Source of the DNA: Gammaproteobacteria bacterium
Lineage (GTDB): Bacteria > Pseudomonadota > Gammaproteobacteria > Immundisolibacterales > Immundisolibacteraceae
DNA length: 38,875 bases
Reading direction: 5' to 3'
Assembly (NCBI GenBank): GCA_003645395.1
Contig: QNFC01000001.1
Span: 1 to 38,875 of the forward strand
The notes under the pieces were generated by a model. The model ran no database searches, was not told the DNA's origin, and was given only the letters and a program-made list of their open reading frames with translations. Positions 9,274-19,814 of the stretch are shown one piece after another (position 1 is the first letter of the stretch; each line of letters starts with the position of its first letter). The position numbers and the translations under genes were made by a program.

Positions 9274-11502
9274 CTAGTTGATATGACTGGTAAGACCTTT
9301 GGCTAGCGAGGCATCCAGATCTTTTGGAGATACTGGACGACTAATCAGGTATCCCTGCACGACGTCACATTCAAGCACATCAAGCAGATCCCAAATCTCC
9401 TGATCTTCAACACCTTCCGCGACCACCCGGATACCCAGTTGATGCGCCATAGTGATAGTGGAATGGACAATAACCATGTCATCACCAGCACTATTTAACT
9501 GACTGATAAACCCCTTATCTATTTTCAACTCACTGATGCGCAATTTTTTCAGATAAGCGAGCGACGAATAGCCTGTACCAAAATCATCTACGGCAAACTC
9601 GATTCCAAACCCGTGCAGTTCCTCAATCATCGCGATGGCTTTGGCCGGGTCGGCCATGATGTCACTCTCAGTAATTTCAAACTGCAGCGCACTCGGTGGT
9701 AGCAAAAACTCAGCGAGCTTATCTTTCACAAAAGCCACCAGATCCGGCTCTTGCAGGTTACGGGCCGATAAATTAACCGCTACACATAAAGGATTACCTG
9801 CTTCACGCCATCGAGCCGCCTGCTCGACCGCCTGCGCAATCACCCACCGGGTCAAATTCTTTATCAACCCTGCACGCTCGGCAAGGGCAATAAACTCATC
9901 CGGCGGAATAAAGCCCCGAGTCGGATGCACCCACCTCGTCAATGCCTCAACGCCCACGCAGCGTCGATCACTGATTCTGACCTTCGGCTGATAATGAATA
10001 AACAGCTCACCGCCATTGATCGCCTGACGAAGGTCTGCTTTCAAGGTTAGTTGATCGTGATTAGTTTGTTCTTGCTGCTGCTCAAACGCGACAATCCCCA
10101 AACCATCCCGTTTCGCCAGAAAAGAGGCAATCTCCGCATGGCGCAGCAAAGTTTGCTCATCTTCACCGTCAGTTGGGTAATGAACCACACCCATGCTCGC
10201 GCCAATTTCCAGTTTACGGTCTTCAATGATGAACTGACGCTGGAGCGCCTGAGCGATTTGATCGACCTTATGCCAAACAGCCTGGCGGTTCTGCGGCAGG
10301 GAAAACAAAACTGCAAAATCATCATCTCCCAGCCGGGCTACCAGATCATTTTCGCCAGCTGTAGCTGATAGCAGCTGACCTACCTGGCACAGCAGGCTGT
10401 CTCCGCCAACGTGACCGAAACTATCGTTAACATCCTTGAACTGATCCAGATCCATAACCATTAGACCAAAGGAGCCACCTTGTGCTTTTACGCCCCCTAT
10501 CGCTTTTGCAACCTGATCTAGCAACATCTTTCGGTTGGGCAGACCCGTCAACAGGTCATGCAGTGCGTGATGTGGTAATTCAGCATCGTGAGCGACGGCC
10601 ACATCATGCGTGCTCAACACAAAAACCCCTTCGCTACACTGGTCAGTCAAAAAACGTAGCTGCGCCAGCTGGGCAACACCCGCTCCATGGGCAAGAGCCA
10701 GAGTCTCAATAGCACACCAACTCTCTCGGCCAGACCGGAGGCGTTCCAGCTGGTCAGCAAGAGCCTCTGGAGCGAAACAGGCCAGCAATTCCGTTAAAAT
10801 AATTTCAGGCCGGTTCTGTGCATCGGTAGGAAGGAAAAGCGCAATCGCCTGTCGATTACCATAAACCCACTTTAAAGTTTGCAGGTCAAACATGGCCACC
10901 GCGCCCGCAGTAAGATCGAGCATCTGCTGGACACGATTCAGCTCCTGCTGAGAGCGTCGTCGGCTGTTAATCAGACGACTCATCACACTATCAACCACCT
11001 GTAGCCTTACCGGGCTATTTTCGTGGTCAGCATGCTGGGCCGGCATCGCCAGCAGGTGGCCAATACGCTGCCGCAGAAGTTCAGAGGAACTTGCCGCCAC
11101 CGCAAAGTCAATATCCGCTACACCGCGAAACAGTGGCATCAACTCAACGAGCTGCTGCTCTTCCGCCAGCAACAATAATTGGGTATTTGCCAATGCGCTA
11201 TCGGAACGCACTTGATAAACAAAATCGACTACACGATCAGTTTGTCCACAAACATCGATCATCACTAACCGCGGAGGTGGCCCATTCGGCAGCGCTGCCT
11301 GACAGGCAGGCAGGTCATCGAATATCTTTAACGTTCGGCCACGTTGCGGCGACAGGGAGGCCCAGTGATGTTCACCCACAGCGTAAATCTGCTCTCCTGC
11401 TTTAGCGGTGAGTGCACTACCTGCAACGGTTGATTCGACCAGCGGCTCGGCCACTAATTTGCTATACAACTTGGCATTAACCTGTAGTAGTAAAGGGCAC
11501 AA
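9274..11502 (-). CDS. Cyclic-di-GMP signalling protein: receiver-like N-terminus, PAS-like region, degenerate GGDEF domain and intact EAL phosphodiesterase domain
   Basis: 742 aa with a TTG start, so the 5' end is uncertain. The GGDEF motif is RLGDDDF (10315-10329) and there is no RxxD I-site. The EAL signature residues are present (GVEALTRW, FEITES, DDFGTGYSSL, ELKIDKGF, VAEGVEDQE, QGYLISRP). Confidence 0.85.
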   Translation of the reverse strand: MCPLLLQVNAKLYSKLVAEPLVESTVAGSALTAKAGEQIYAVGEHHWASLSPQRGRTLKIFDDLPACQAALPNGPPPRLVMIDVCGQTDRVVDFVYQVRSDSALANTQLLLLAEEQQLVELMPLFRGVADIDFAVAASSSELLRQRIGHLLAMPAQHADHENSPVRLQVVDSVMSRLINSRRRSQQELNRVQQMLDLTAGAVAMFDLQTLKWVYGNRQAIALFLPTDAQNRPEIILTELLACFAPEALADQLERLRSGRESWCAIETLALAHGAGVAQLAQLRFLTDQCSEGVFVLSTHDVAVAHDAELPHHALHDLLTGLPNRKMLLDQVAKAIGGVKAQGGSFGLMVMDLDQFKDVNDSFGHVGGDSLLCQVGQLLSATAGENDLVARLGDDDFAVLFSLPQNRQAVWHKVDQIAQALQRQFIIEDRKLEIGASMGVVHYPTDGEDEQTLLRHAEIASFLAKRDGLGIVAFEQQQEQTNHDQLTLKADLRQAINGGELFIHYQPKVRISDRRCVGVEALTRWVHPTRGFIPPDEFIALAERAGLIKNLTRWVIAQAVEQAARWREAGNPLCVAVNLSARNLQEPDLVAFVKDKLAEFLLPPSALQFEITESDIMADPAKAIAMIEELHGFGIEFAVDDFGTGYSSLAYLKKLRISELKIDKGFISQLNSAGDDMVIVHSTITMAHQLGIRVVAEGVEDQEIWDLLDVLECDVVQGYLISRPVSPKDLDASLAKGLTSHIN

Positions 11503-11679
11503 CTGACATCTGGCAATCAGCTCAGTGGGGTTATCTGTTAATTTTTAGCGGCCGGGGAGAGACCGACTGAAGGGGAATTGACGGCCTGGGGCCAGTTCGG
11601 TGGCAGCGCGTCGCCTGCTTGAGCCCGCAACAAACGCTACCGACCTGGGCGATTTCTGGCGGGCTAAACCCGCAGGAAA

Positions 11680-12750
11680 TCAAGTCCGCTGGGCAATGGA
11701 TATTGCGACCAATCCGGCACCCAAAAAAAGCAGGGTTGGCAGCAGCGCCGATACAAAGAGATTCAAATGATACGCTAGCCCCAGGTAACCGATCGCCTGG
11801 CTGACAATGTGGAACAACATACCAAAAATAATACCGATAAAAACACGTTGCCCAAGATTACCACTGCGCAAGCTACCAAATACGAAGGGCAACGCGATCA
11901 AGACCATCACCATAATGGTTAGCGGATGAAACATTTTTTGCCAGAAAGCAAGCTCATAACGGCCGGCGCTTTGACCATTTTCGGCCAGAAACTGAGCATG
12001 CTCATGCAACTCCCACACCGACATCCGTTCCGGTGTGACGGCACCCACTGCCATATTTTCTGGTGCGAGGGTCGACTCCCAACGAGCCCGTCCGGCAATG
12101 ACCCGTTCAGCACCTTCCGGAACAAGCAAAGTCTGTCGTAACTTGTGCAGTATCCATCCGCTTTGCTCTTTCGTGGCTTTTTTAGCGTAGGTAACCGCCT
12201 TCATCCGCTGATTCTCATCAAACTCATAAATACTCACTTGCAGTAGGGTCTGGTCAGCATTAACAATACCAACGTTGATAAATGCCTGGCTATCGCGTAT
12301 CCAGATCCCTCCACCCACTCCATCCGAAAATAGCTCCCCCAACGCATGGCTGCGAATTTCCTGACCTAAACGCTCCAAAGGCGGCACCACCAGTTCACCC
12401 AAAGCCAGGGCAAACACCAGTATTGGCAAGGCGGCTAACAGCAGCACTCGGCCAATTGACAAAATAGAAAAACCAGCCGCTCTGAGGGCCACCAGCTCAC
12501 CGCCGACTGCAAGACCGCCTAAACCCACAAGTGACCCGACCAATGCTGCGCTCGGCAGTAATTCAAACGCCCGCCGTGGCGTGGTAAGCAGCAGATACTG
12601 CGTTAGCTGGGCGAATCCGTAGCCTGCCTCACCCAGGTCCCCGAGCTCTGCAATCACCGCAAATAGAGAAAACACCGCTGTGAGCGCCGCTAACGACAGC
12701 GCGAAACCAACAAGAACCGCCCGCGAAAGATAGCGCGATATTTTATTCAA
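11680..12750 (-). CDS. lptG: LPS export ABC transporter permease LptG
   Basis: YjgP/YjgQ-type multi-TM permease downstream of lptF. The TTG at 12750 overlaps the lptF stop (TTGA) and gives LNKISRYLSR..., which matches the usual LptG N-terminus. The track ORF starts at a GTG at 12762. Confidence 0.85.
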   Translation of the reverse strand: MNKISRYLSRAVLVGFALSLAALTAVFSLFAVIAELGDLGEAGYGFAQLTQYLLLTTPRRAFELLPSAALVGSLVGLGGLAVGGELVALRAAGFSILSIGRVLLLAALPILVFALALGELVVPPLERLGQEIRSHALGELFSDGVGGGIWIRDSQAFINVGIVNADQTLLQVSIYEFDENQRMKAVTYAKKATKEQSGWILHKLRQTLLVPEGAERVIAGRARWESTLAPENMAVGAVTPERMSVWELHEHAQFLAENGQSAGRYELAFWQKMFHPLTIMVMVLIALPFVFGSLRSGNLGQRVFIGIIFGMLFHIVSQAIGYLGLAYHLNLFVSALLPTLLFLGAGLVAISIAQRT

Positions 12751-13856
12751 GGCCGCCTCCACCCCGGAAAACGCCGATACCAGCTGACCATAGGATTATT
12801 CAAATTAATCATCAACAAGACAAACAGTCCGATAATAACCAAATGCACCCACCAAAGCCCCACCCATTGCGGAATTTGGCTATGCGATAACCAGGAGTCA
12901 CTCACCTTTAAAAAATTGCTATAGAGCAGATAGACCATCACCGCCATAGCCAGGCGCCCGGAACGTCCTGAGCGCGGTGCCGTGTAACTTAGCGGCACCG
13001 CCAGCAGCATCAACATCACCGTGGACACTGGAATAGCAAGCCGCCATTGCAGTTCAGCACTGACTATATCAAGCTTACGAAAACCCCAAAGTTTGGCGGT
13101 AGTCATCGCCTTCTCGCCACGACTTTTTTGCTTTAATTCCGGCTGCTCGATCAATATTGCGTACTCAGCAAATTGCATCTCTCTAAAATCGAGGTCACCG
13201 GCTCTGCCGTCATAACGGTAACCCTGTTCCAATACCAGAAACTGATCACCATTGGAGTTATCAATTTCTATACGGCCACTCGGTGCAGCAAGCAGGGTCT
13301 CTTTAGTCGGGCCACTACTGTCGCGAATAAATACATTTTCCAGCCGGCTACGGTCACGGCTGAGTTGTTGCACATAGAACACCCTCCGGTCATCGTCAAA
13401 AGATCGAAAAGCACCACTGCTAATCCCCGTCAACGCGGGCTCGCTCTGAATTCGCTCCTCAATTTTTATAGTTTGCTCTTCGGCCCACGGCGCCAGATAA
13501 AAAGACAACAAAGCAATCGGCACACTGGCGAGCAGCCCCAGCAGCCCTACGGGAACCAGTAACTGAACAGGCGATACTCCGGCAGCGGAGAGAGCCGCCA
13601 TTTCACTGTCTCGATACCAGCGACTAAGCGTCAGCAGAACCGCCAAAAACAGCCCGACAGGGATGATAATAGTTTGTGCCCATAACAGTTTTAGTGACAT
13701 TAAACCGAGCACAGCTCCGCCAGGAAGCTCCCCCTGGGCAACCGACGCCAGATAACGAATGATGCGCGTGCTTGAAAGCACCAGGGTTAGTACAGCAACC
13801 GTACCTAAAAAATAGACTGCAAACTCTTTCAACAGCGCGTTTCGAATAACTTTCAC
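12747..13856 (-). CDS. lptF: LPS export ABC transporter permease LptF
   Basis: YjgP/YjgQ permease. Likely start is the GTG at 13856 (MKVIRNALLKEF...); the track ORF starts at a TTG at 13871. It is divergent from pepA, as in E. coli and other gammaproteobacteria. Confidence 0.85.
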   Translation of the reverse strand: MKVIRNALLKEFAVYFLGTVAVLTLVLSSTRIIRYLASVAQGELPGGAVLGLMSLKLLWAQTIIIPVGLFLAVLLTLSRWYRDSEMAALSAAGVSPVQLLVPVGLLGLLASVPIALLSFYLAPWAEEQTIKIEERIQSEPALTGISSGAFRSFDDDRRVFYVQQLSRDRSRLENVFIRDSSGPTKETLLAAPSGRIEIDNSNGDQFLVLEQGYRYDGRAGDLDFREMQFAEYAILIEQPELKQKSRGEKAMTTAKLWGFRKLDIVSAELQWRLAIPVSTVMLMLLAVPLSYTAPRSGRSGRLAMAVMVYLLYSNFLKVSDSWLSHSQIPQWVGLWWVHLVIIGLFVLLMINLNNPMVSWYRRFPGWRRP

Positions 13857-14030
13857 AACAGCAACATCCAAAATCTTCTAAAGTAACCAGCATGCCCAAA
13901 AACAACAAACGACACCCAGCAACCATTCTGTTTTCGCTAAAATAACCGTTTCGCTAACTACGAGCGTGGCCACGAAATCCATAGTTGCTGCCACGTGAAG
14001 TCAGACACCTAATGCTTTTTGGAGTATGGC

Positions 14031-15527
14031 ATGAAATTTTCGTTATCTACCAAGTCAGTCACCGAAGACAACACCCATTGCCTGATGGTTCCAGTGGTCA
14101 GCGGAAAACGACTCCCGGCGGTCACCGCAGCGCTTGACAGGGCGAGTGGTGGCAGCATTAGCGCAGCGATAAAGGCCGGTGACATCTCTACCAGCCACGG
14201 CAAAACTTTGCTGCTCAGGTCGCTGCCGGGCATCGCAAGCGAACGTGTATTACTAGTCGGTTGCGGAAAGCCGGACAACCTGGAGCCCAGCCAGTTTGTC
14301 ACTATTTTACAAGCCGCGGGTCAGGCGGTGAAATCCCTTGGCTGCACAAACGCAACCTGTTGGCTGACGACACTGAAAGTCACCAAACGCGATCAACAAT
14401 GGAATCTGGCAATGGCAGTGCAAACATTTTCCCGCAGCGCCTACTCCTTCAATGAATTGAAAAGTACCAAAAAACCGGTTGCCAGGCTAAAACGCATTGC
14501 TCTGTGCATCGACAATGCCACGCCCGCTGCCAAAAAAATAGCCCGTCGAACTCTCGGCATACATACCGCCATCGCCGCAGGCGTTGAGCTGGCACGCAAT
14601 CTGGGCAACCGACCCGGTAATGTCTGCACACCGGTTTATCTGGCCGCCCAGGCAAAGACTCTGGCCAAAGAGCTGGATTTAAAAATCGACATTCTCAATG
14701 AGCAGCGTATGGACGAACTGGGTATGGGCTCACTACTTAGTGTGGGCCGAGGTAGTCGTGAAGAATCTCGGCTAATTGTGCTGGAGTACTCGGGTGCCAA
14801 AACTAGCGTGCGACCAACAGTGCTTGTGGGCAAAGGCGTAACCTTTGACGCCGGTGGAATTTCACTTAAACCCGCTAGCGGCATGGAAGAAATGAAGTAC
14901 GACATGTGTGGTGCCGCCAGTGTTCTAGGAACCATTAAAGCGGCGGCAATCGCCAAATTGCCGGTCAATGTCGTGGGCATTATCCCTGCTGTCGAAAACA
15001 TGCCCGATGGATTAGCCAACAAACCCGGGGATGTCGTTACCAGCATGTCCGGCAAAACCATCGAAATCATCAACACCGACGCAGAAGGCCGGCTTATTCT
15101 GGCTGATGCTCTGACTTATGCCGAACGTTACAACCCGGCTGTGGTGATCGATATCGCCACGCTGACCGGCGCCGCCCTCGTTGCCCTGGGTCACCATGTA
15201 AGTGGATTGTTAGGTAACGACCAGCAGCTGGTCGATGCGTTGCTTACAGCAGGTTTAGAAAGCCATGACCGAGTCTGGCAGCTACCAATGCTGGATGAGT
15301 ACCAACAACAACTGAAAAGCAATATTGCAGATATCTCCAATGTTGGCGGCCGCACCGCTGGCACCGTCACGGCCGCCTGTTTTTTATCCAGATTTGCTGA
15401 AAAACAACGCTGGGCACATCTCGATATCGCCGGCACTGCCTGGGTTAGCGGCAAAAATAAAGACGCAACCGGGCGACCGGTGCCCCTGTTAACCCAGTTT
15501 TTAATCAACTCAATAACTAAACATTAA
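14031..15527 (+). CDS. pepA: Leucyl aminopeptidase (M17)
   Basis: ATG at 14031 with GGAG 6 nt upstream; the track ORF starts at a TTG at 14019. M17 signature NTDAEGRLILADAL and VGKGVTFDAGGISLKP. Confidence 0.93.
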   Translation: MKFSLSTKSVTEDNTHCLMVPVVSGKRLPAVTAALDRASGGSISAAIKAGDISTSHGKTLLLRSLPGIASERVLLVGCGKPDNLEPSQFVTILQAAGQAVKSLGCTNATCWLTTLKVTKRDQQWNLAMAVQTFSRSAYSFNELKSTKKPVARLKRIALCIDNATPAAKKIARRTLGIHTAIAAGVELARNLGNRPGNVCTPVYLAAQAKTLAKELDLKIDILNEQRMDELGMGSLLSVGRGSREESRLIVLEYSGAKTSVRPTVLVGKGVTFDAGGISLKPASGMEEMKYDMCGAASVLGTIKAAAIAKLPVNVVGIIPAVENMPDGLANKPGDVVTSMSGKTIEIINTDAEGRLILADALTYAERYNPAVVIDIATLTGAALVALGHHVSGLLGNDQQLVDALLTAGLESHDRVWQLPMLDEYQQQLKSNIADISNVGGRTAGTVTAACFLSRFAEKQRWAHLDIAGTAWVSGKNKDATGRPVPLLTQFLINSITKH

Positions 15528-15552
15528 CGACACCCATGATAATACTAGCGCC

Positions 15553-16014
15553 GTGACCAAAGTTGATTTTTACGTACTCGAGAACGACACCCGTAGTGGG
15601 TTACTCCGTTTCGCCTGCCAGTTAACCGAAAAAGTAGTTTTACTGGGCCATCAGGTTCACTTGCACACGGCTAACAACCCGACCGCGGAGCAACTTGACA
15701 AACTCCTATGGAATTTCTCCGAGCTGGCTTTTTTACCGCATCAGCGGTTTGACTCCAAGCGCCCGCTCAAGCTCTCCGCTCCGGTACCCATTACTATCGG
15801 CACCGCTGGCGAACAGAGCGACCCACAGCATTGCGAAGATGTGCTGGTCAACCTCGATTCCGAGGTGCCACTCTGGTTCAGTCGATTTAGCCGGGTCACG
15901 GAATTTGTTGCCGGCGGCGACGCTGACCGTCAGGCGGCCCGCAAACGCTACCGGTTCTATCGCGACAGGGGCTACAATCTCGATATGCACCAGATAAAAT
16001 CCGCATCAAATTAA
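15553..16014 (+). CDS. holC: DNA polymerase III chi subunit
   Basis: 153 aa with a GTG start. VDFYVLEND...RFACQLTEKVV..GHQVHLHT...LDKLLWNF..FLPH is typical HolC. Conserved pepA-holC-valS order. Confidence 0.85.
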   Translation: MTKVDFYVLENDTRSGLLRFACQLTEKVVLLGHQVHLHTANNPTAEQLDKLLWNFSELAFLPHQRFDSKRPLKLSAPVPITIGTAGEQSDPQHCEDVLVNLDSEVPLWFSRFSRVTEFVAGGDADRQAARKRYRFYRDRGYNLDMHQIKSASN

Positions 16015-16030
16015 CTGTAGACGAGCAGTC

Positions 16031-16876
16031 ATGAGCGCAGATGAGACGCCACCACCCCCGGTCGAAACACCGGCAGAGGCCAGCAACAAGAGTTCCCTCG
16101 ACGAGTTACTCGACTACGTACGCGACCATTTGGATGAATCCCCGCCAGAAGACGATGAGATCCCGGTATTAACGGATATCGCTATCAGCGCGCAGCCAGT
16201 AGAACTTACCCAATTCATCCCGCAGGCCCAACCAGCTGAAAATAGTGATTCGGCCGTTATAGATTTAAGTCAGGATCTCGACTCAGTTGCTGATTCGGTA
16301 GCGGCCACTGACTTAAACGACCCGGCTACGTCTGCTGCTGATGACTCCCTGAACCTCACTCAGGTCGCCTTCGAAGAAGAGCTGGATGCGTCCTCATTGC
16401 TGATTGAGTTGCCCGATACAGAAACTCCGTCGGTGGAACTATCGTCAATAGAACGAGCTCCTGTGGAGACAACGGAGAATTCCTCCAACGCGGATCAAAC
16501 CGATTGGGATGACGACGAAGAGTTTGATGCTACCCAGGTCGCCTTCATGGATGATGACCCGGTTTCCACACAACCGCTGGCGCCAGCAACTGAAAACGAT
16601 GATCATTCCCCCGTTGCTGAGTACCCGTTAGAGCAGGACGAGGAGAGTGATCTGCAGGAGCCCCTGATGACTGCCACCGCCTTCGAGAGTTTCACTACCG
16701 ACATAAACGCCGAAAACCAACAAACCGCTGAGTCAGAACTACCAGCTCACTGGCTCGCTCACCTTGATCAGATCATTGACGAGCGCTGCAGCGCGCTCGC
16801 GCAAGAACTCAAACAGCAGCTACGCGAACCTGTTGAGTTAACTGACCGCAGCGCCCTGCTCGACCCACCTGAGTAA
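16031..16876 (+). CDS. Hypothetical, extremely acidic, low-complexity protein
   Basis: 281-aa ORF filling the holC-valS gap on the same strand. It is rich in D, E, S, T and P, with no recognisable domain. It contains an internal duplicated TQVAF(E/M)(E/D)(E/D) segment. Confidence 0.6.
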   Translation: MSADETPPPPVETPAEASNKSSLDELLDYVRDHLDESPPEDDEIPVLTDIAISAQPVELTQFIPQAQPAENSDSAVIDLSQDLDSVADSVAATDLNDPATSAADDSLNLTQVAFEEELDASSLLIELPDTETPSVELSSIERAPVETTENSSNADQTDWDDDEEFDATQVAFMDDDPVSTQPLAPATENDDHSPVAEYPLEQDEESDLQEPLMTATAFESFTTDINAENQQTAESELPAHWLAHLDQIIDERCSALAQELKQQLREPVELTDRSALLDPPE

Positions 16877-16985
16877 TCTGCCAGCACTGACTCAATGACG
16901 GCGATCACCGTAACTGGGCACTTGCGCGATAACCTTCTCCACCGGGTAGCCAGCCGAGGCAATCCCACTTATTCGACCTGGAAAC

Positions 16986-19787
16986 ATGGACAAAACCTAT
17001 AACCCCGAAGATATCGAACAGCGCTGGTACCAGCGCTGGGAAGAGAACAACCATTTCGCCCCCGATAGTGATAACGACGGTGACCCCTACTGCATTGTGA
17101 TTCCGCCGCCCAACGTGACTGGCTATCTGCATATGGGCCATGCATTTCAGGACACCATCATGGACCTGCTGATTCGTTATCAGCGCATGCGTGGTTCCAG
17201 CACACTCTGGCAGGTCGGCACCGACCATGCTGGTATTGCCACGCAAATGGTGGTTGAGCGCCAATTGGCCACTAAAGGTATTAGCCGGCACGACCTGGGT
17301 CGCGAAAAATTTATCGAGAACGTTTGGGATTGGAAAGCAGAATCCGGCGGCCAGATCACCCAGCAATTACGCCGCATGGGCGCCTCGGCCGACTGGAGTC
17401 GCGAACGTTTCACCATGGACGATGGCCTCTCTTCGGCAGTTCGCGAAGTGTTTATCAGTCTCTACGATAAAGGGCTTATCTATCGCGGTAAGCGGCTAGT
17501 AAATTGGGATCCGGTACTGCACACGGCCATTTCAGATCTCGAAGTTGACTCAGTTGAAGAACAGGGCTTCCTCTGGCATATCCGTTATCCGCTAGCGGAT
17601 GGTAGTGGGTCGCTGACCGTTGCCACCACCCGTCCAGAGACTCTGCTCGGCGATACCGCCGTCGCCGTGCACCCCGACGACAGCCGTTATCAACATTTAA
17701 TCGGCAAATTAGTCACTTTACCGATGACCGGACGGGAAATTCCGATCATCGCCGACGACTACGTTGACCCGGAATTTGGCTCTGGCTGCGTAAAAATAAC
17801 CCCAGCACACGACTTCAATGATTACCAGATGGGCCAGCGCCACCAGTTGCCGATGATCAATGTACTTACCGGTGATGCGGCCATTAGTGACAACATGCCC
17901 GAAGCCTACCGGGGTATGGATCGCTTTGACGCCCGCAAAAAACTGGTAGCCGACCTTAAGGCGGCGGACCTGCTCGAAAAAATTGACGATCACAAACTAA
18001 TGGTGCCAAGAGGTGACCGTAGCGGTGCCGTCATCGAGCCCTGGCTGACCGACCAGTGGTACGTAAAGGTTGCGCCGCTGGCCAAACCCGCTATCGCTGC
18101 CGTTGAAAACGGTGATATCCGTTTTGTGCCGGAAAACTGGTCACGTACCTATTTTGAGTGGATGAACAACCTCGAAGACTGGTGCATCTCCCGGCAAATC
18201 TGGTGGGGTCACCGAATTCCGGTCTGGTATGACCAGGAAGGCAAGCATTACGCCGGCCAGGATGAAGCCGACGTTCGGCAGCGCCACCAACTCCCAGCCC
18301 ACATGCTCCTGACCCAGGATGAAGACGTACTCGACACCTGGTTTTCCTCCGCTTTATGGCCATTTTCTACCCTTGGCTGGCCAGAGCAAACCCCGGAGCT
18401 AGAGAAATTTTATCCCACCAGCGTGCTGGTTACCGGCTTCGACATCATCTTCTTCTGGGTTGCCAGAATGATCATGATGGGCCTCGAATTTACCGGTGAG
18501 GTCCCGTTTCGTGAGATCTATATTCACGGTCTGGTGCGCGACGCTGACGGTCAGAAAATGTCGAAATCCAAGGGCAATGTACTCGACCCTATTGACCTGA
18601 TCGACGGTGCTGATCTCGATACGTTAATCGCAAAACGTACCGCCGGGTTAATGCAACCCGATATGAAAGCCCGCATCGAAAAAAGCACTCGCAAGCAGTT
18701 TCCGAATGGTATCCCAGCGTTTGGCACTGACGCATTGCGGTTTACCTTCGCGTCGCAGGCAACACTCGGCCGCGATATTCGCTTCGACCTCCAGCGTATT
18801 GAAGGATATAGAAATTTTTGCACCAAACTCTGGAATGCCGCCCGTTATGTGATGATGAATATTGGTGACGATCCCGACTCCGCCGCAGAACAAGTCAACG
18901 AATTGCCCACGGGATCCACACAGCAATTGAGCGCCGCAGACCGCTGGATTCGGTCACGCTTTGGCGAAACCCTGTTGCAGATCGAAACCGCTATTACAGA
19001 TTATCGTTTTGACTATGTAGCTAATGAGCTTTACCAGTTTGTATGGGATAACTACTGCGACTGGTATATCGAGTTGACCAAACCGGTACTCAATGGCGAC
19101 GATGCTGCGGCCCGTAGCGCAGCCAGGCAAACCCTGGTGGAAGTACTAGAAGCTTTCTTGCGTGCCGCCCATCCGGTGATGCCGTTCATTACCGAAGAGA
19201 TCTGGCAGCGGATTAAAACCCCCGCCGGCGTTACTGGCGACACCTTAATGGTGCAATCGTGGCCTACACACGAGAGCTTCCCCCGTGATCAGCCAGCAGA
19301 AGCTGAAATCGAGTGGTTACAAAATGTCGTCAGTGCGGTCCGCACTATCCGGGGAGAGATGAATATCGCTCCGCGCAAGCCTCTACCTCTGTTGTTACAA
19401 AATGGCACCGATCAGGACCGTCTCTATCTGGATAAAAATCTGCCTCTATTAAAAACGGTGGCGGTGGTAGACAACGTTGAGTGGGTGGGCAGCGAACAAA
19501 CAGCCCCAGACAGCGCAATTGGCCTGGTGGGTACCCTGCAATTACTTGTACCACTGGCCGACCTGATCGACCCTGCGGCGGAACTAGCGCGATTGGAAAA
19601 AGAAATCGCTAAACTGCAAAAGGTCGCCACCGGGAGTGAGCAGAAGCTGGCGAATGAATCATTTACCAGCCGAGCACCGGCCGAGGTAGTCGCAAAAGAA
19701 CAACAGAAACTGGCTGAACTGCGCGACCAACTGGGCGAATTAGAACAGCAGCGAGAGCGGATAGCCCGCCTGGCTAGCGCAAGTTAA
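16986..19787 (+). CDS. valS: Valine--tRNA ligase
   Basis: 933 aa. Class I HIGH motif ([14 protein letters not shown]), KMSKS motif (QKMSKSKGN) and a C-terminal coiled coil. Confidence 0.97.
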   Translation: MDKTYNPEDIEQRWYQRWEENNHFAPDSDNDGDPYCIVIPPPNVTGYLHMGHAFQDTIMDLLIRYQRMRGSSTLWQVGTDHAGIATQMVVERQLATKGISRHDLGREKFIENVWDWKAESGGQITQQLRRMGASADWSRERFTMDDGLSSAVREVFISLYDKGLIYRGKRLVNWDPVLHTAISDLEVDSVEEQGFLWHIRYPLADGSGSLTVATTRPETLLGDTAVAVHPDDSRYQHLIGKLVTLPMTGREIPIIADDYVDPEFGSGCVKITPAHDFNDYQMGQRHQLPMINVLTGDAAISDNMPEAYRGMDRFDARKKLVADLKAADLLEKIDDHKLMVPRGDRSGAVIEPWLTDQWYVKVAPLAKPAIAAVENGDIRFVPENWSRTYFEWMNNLEDWCISRQIWWGHRIPVWYDQEGKHYAGQDEADVRQRHQLPAHMLLTQDEDVLDTWFSSALWPFSTLGWPEQTPELEKFYPTSVLVTGFDIIFFWVARMIMMGLEFTGEVPFREIYIHGLVRDADGQKMSKSKGNVLDPIDLIDGADLDTLIAKRTAGLMQPDMKARIEKSTRKQFPNGIPAFGTDALRFTFASQATLGRDIRFDLQRIEGYRNFCTKLWNAARYVMMNIGDDPDSAAEQVNELPTGSTQQLSAADRWIRSRFGETLLQIETAITDYRFDYVANELYQFVWDNYCDWYIELTKPVLNGDDAAARSAARQTLVEVLEAFLRAAHPVMPFITEEIWQRIKTPAGVTGDTLMVQSWPTHESFPRDQPAEAEIEWLQNVVSAVRTIRGEMNIAPRKPLPLLLQNGTDQDRLYLDKNLPLLKTVAVVDNVEWVGSEQTAPDSAIGLVGTLQLLVPLADLIDPAAELARLEKEIAKLQKVATGSEQKLANESFTSRAPAEVVAKEQQKLAELRDQLGELEQQRERIARLASAS

Positions 19788-19814
19788 GAGAGGAAAAATA
19801 GGTCGGCGGACCGG

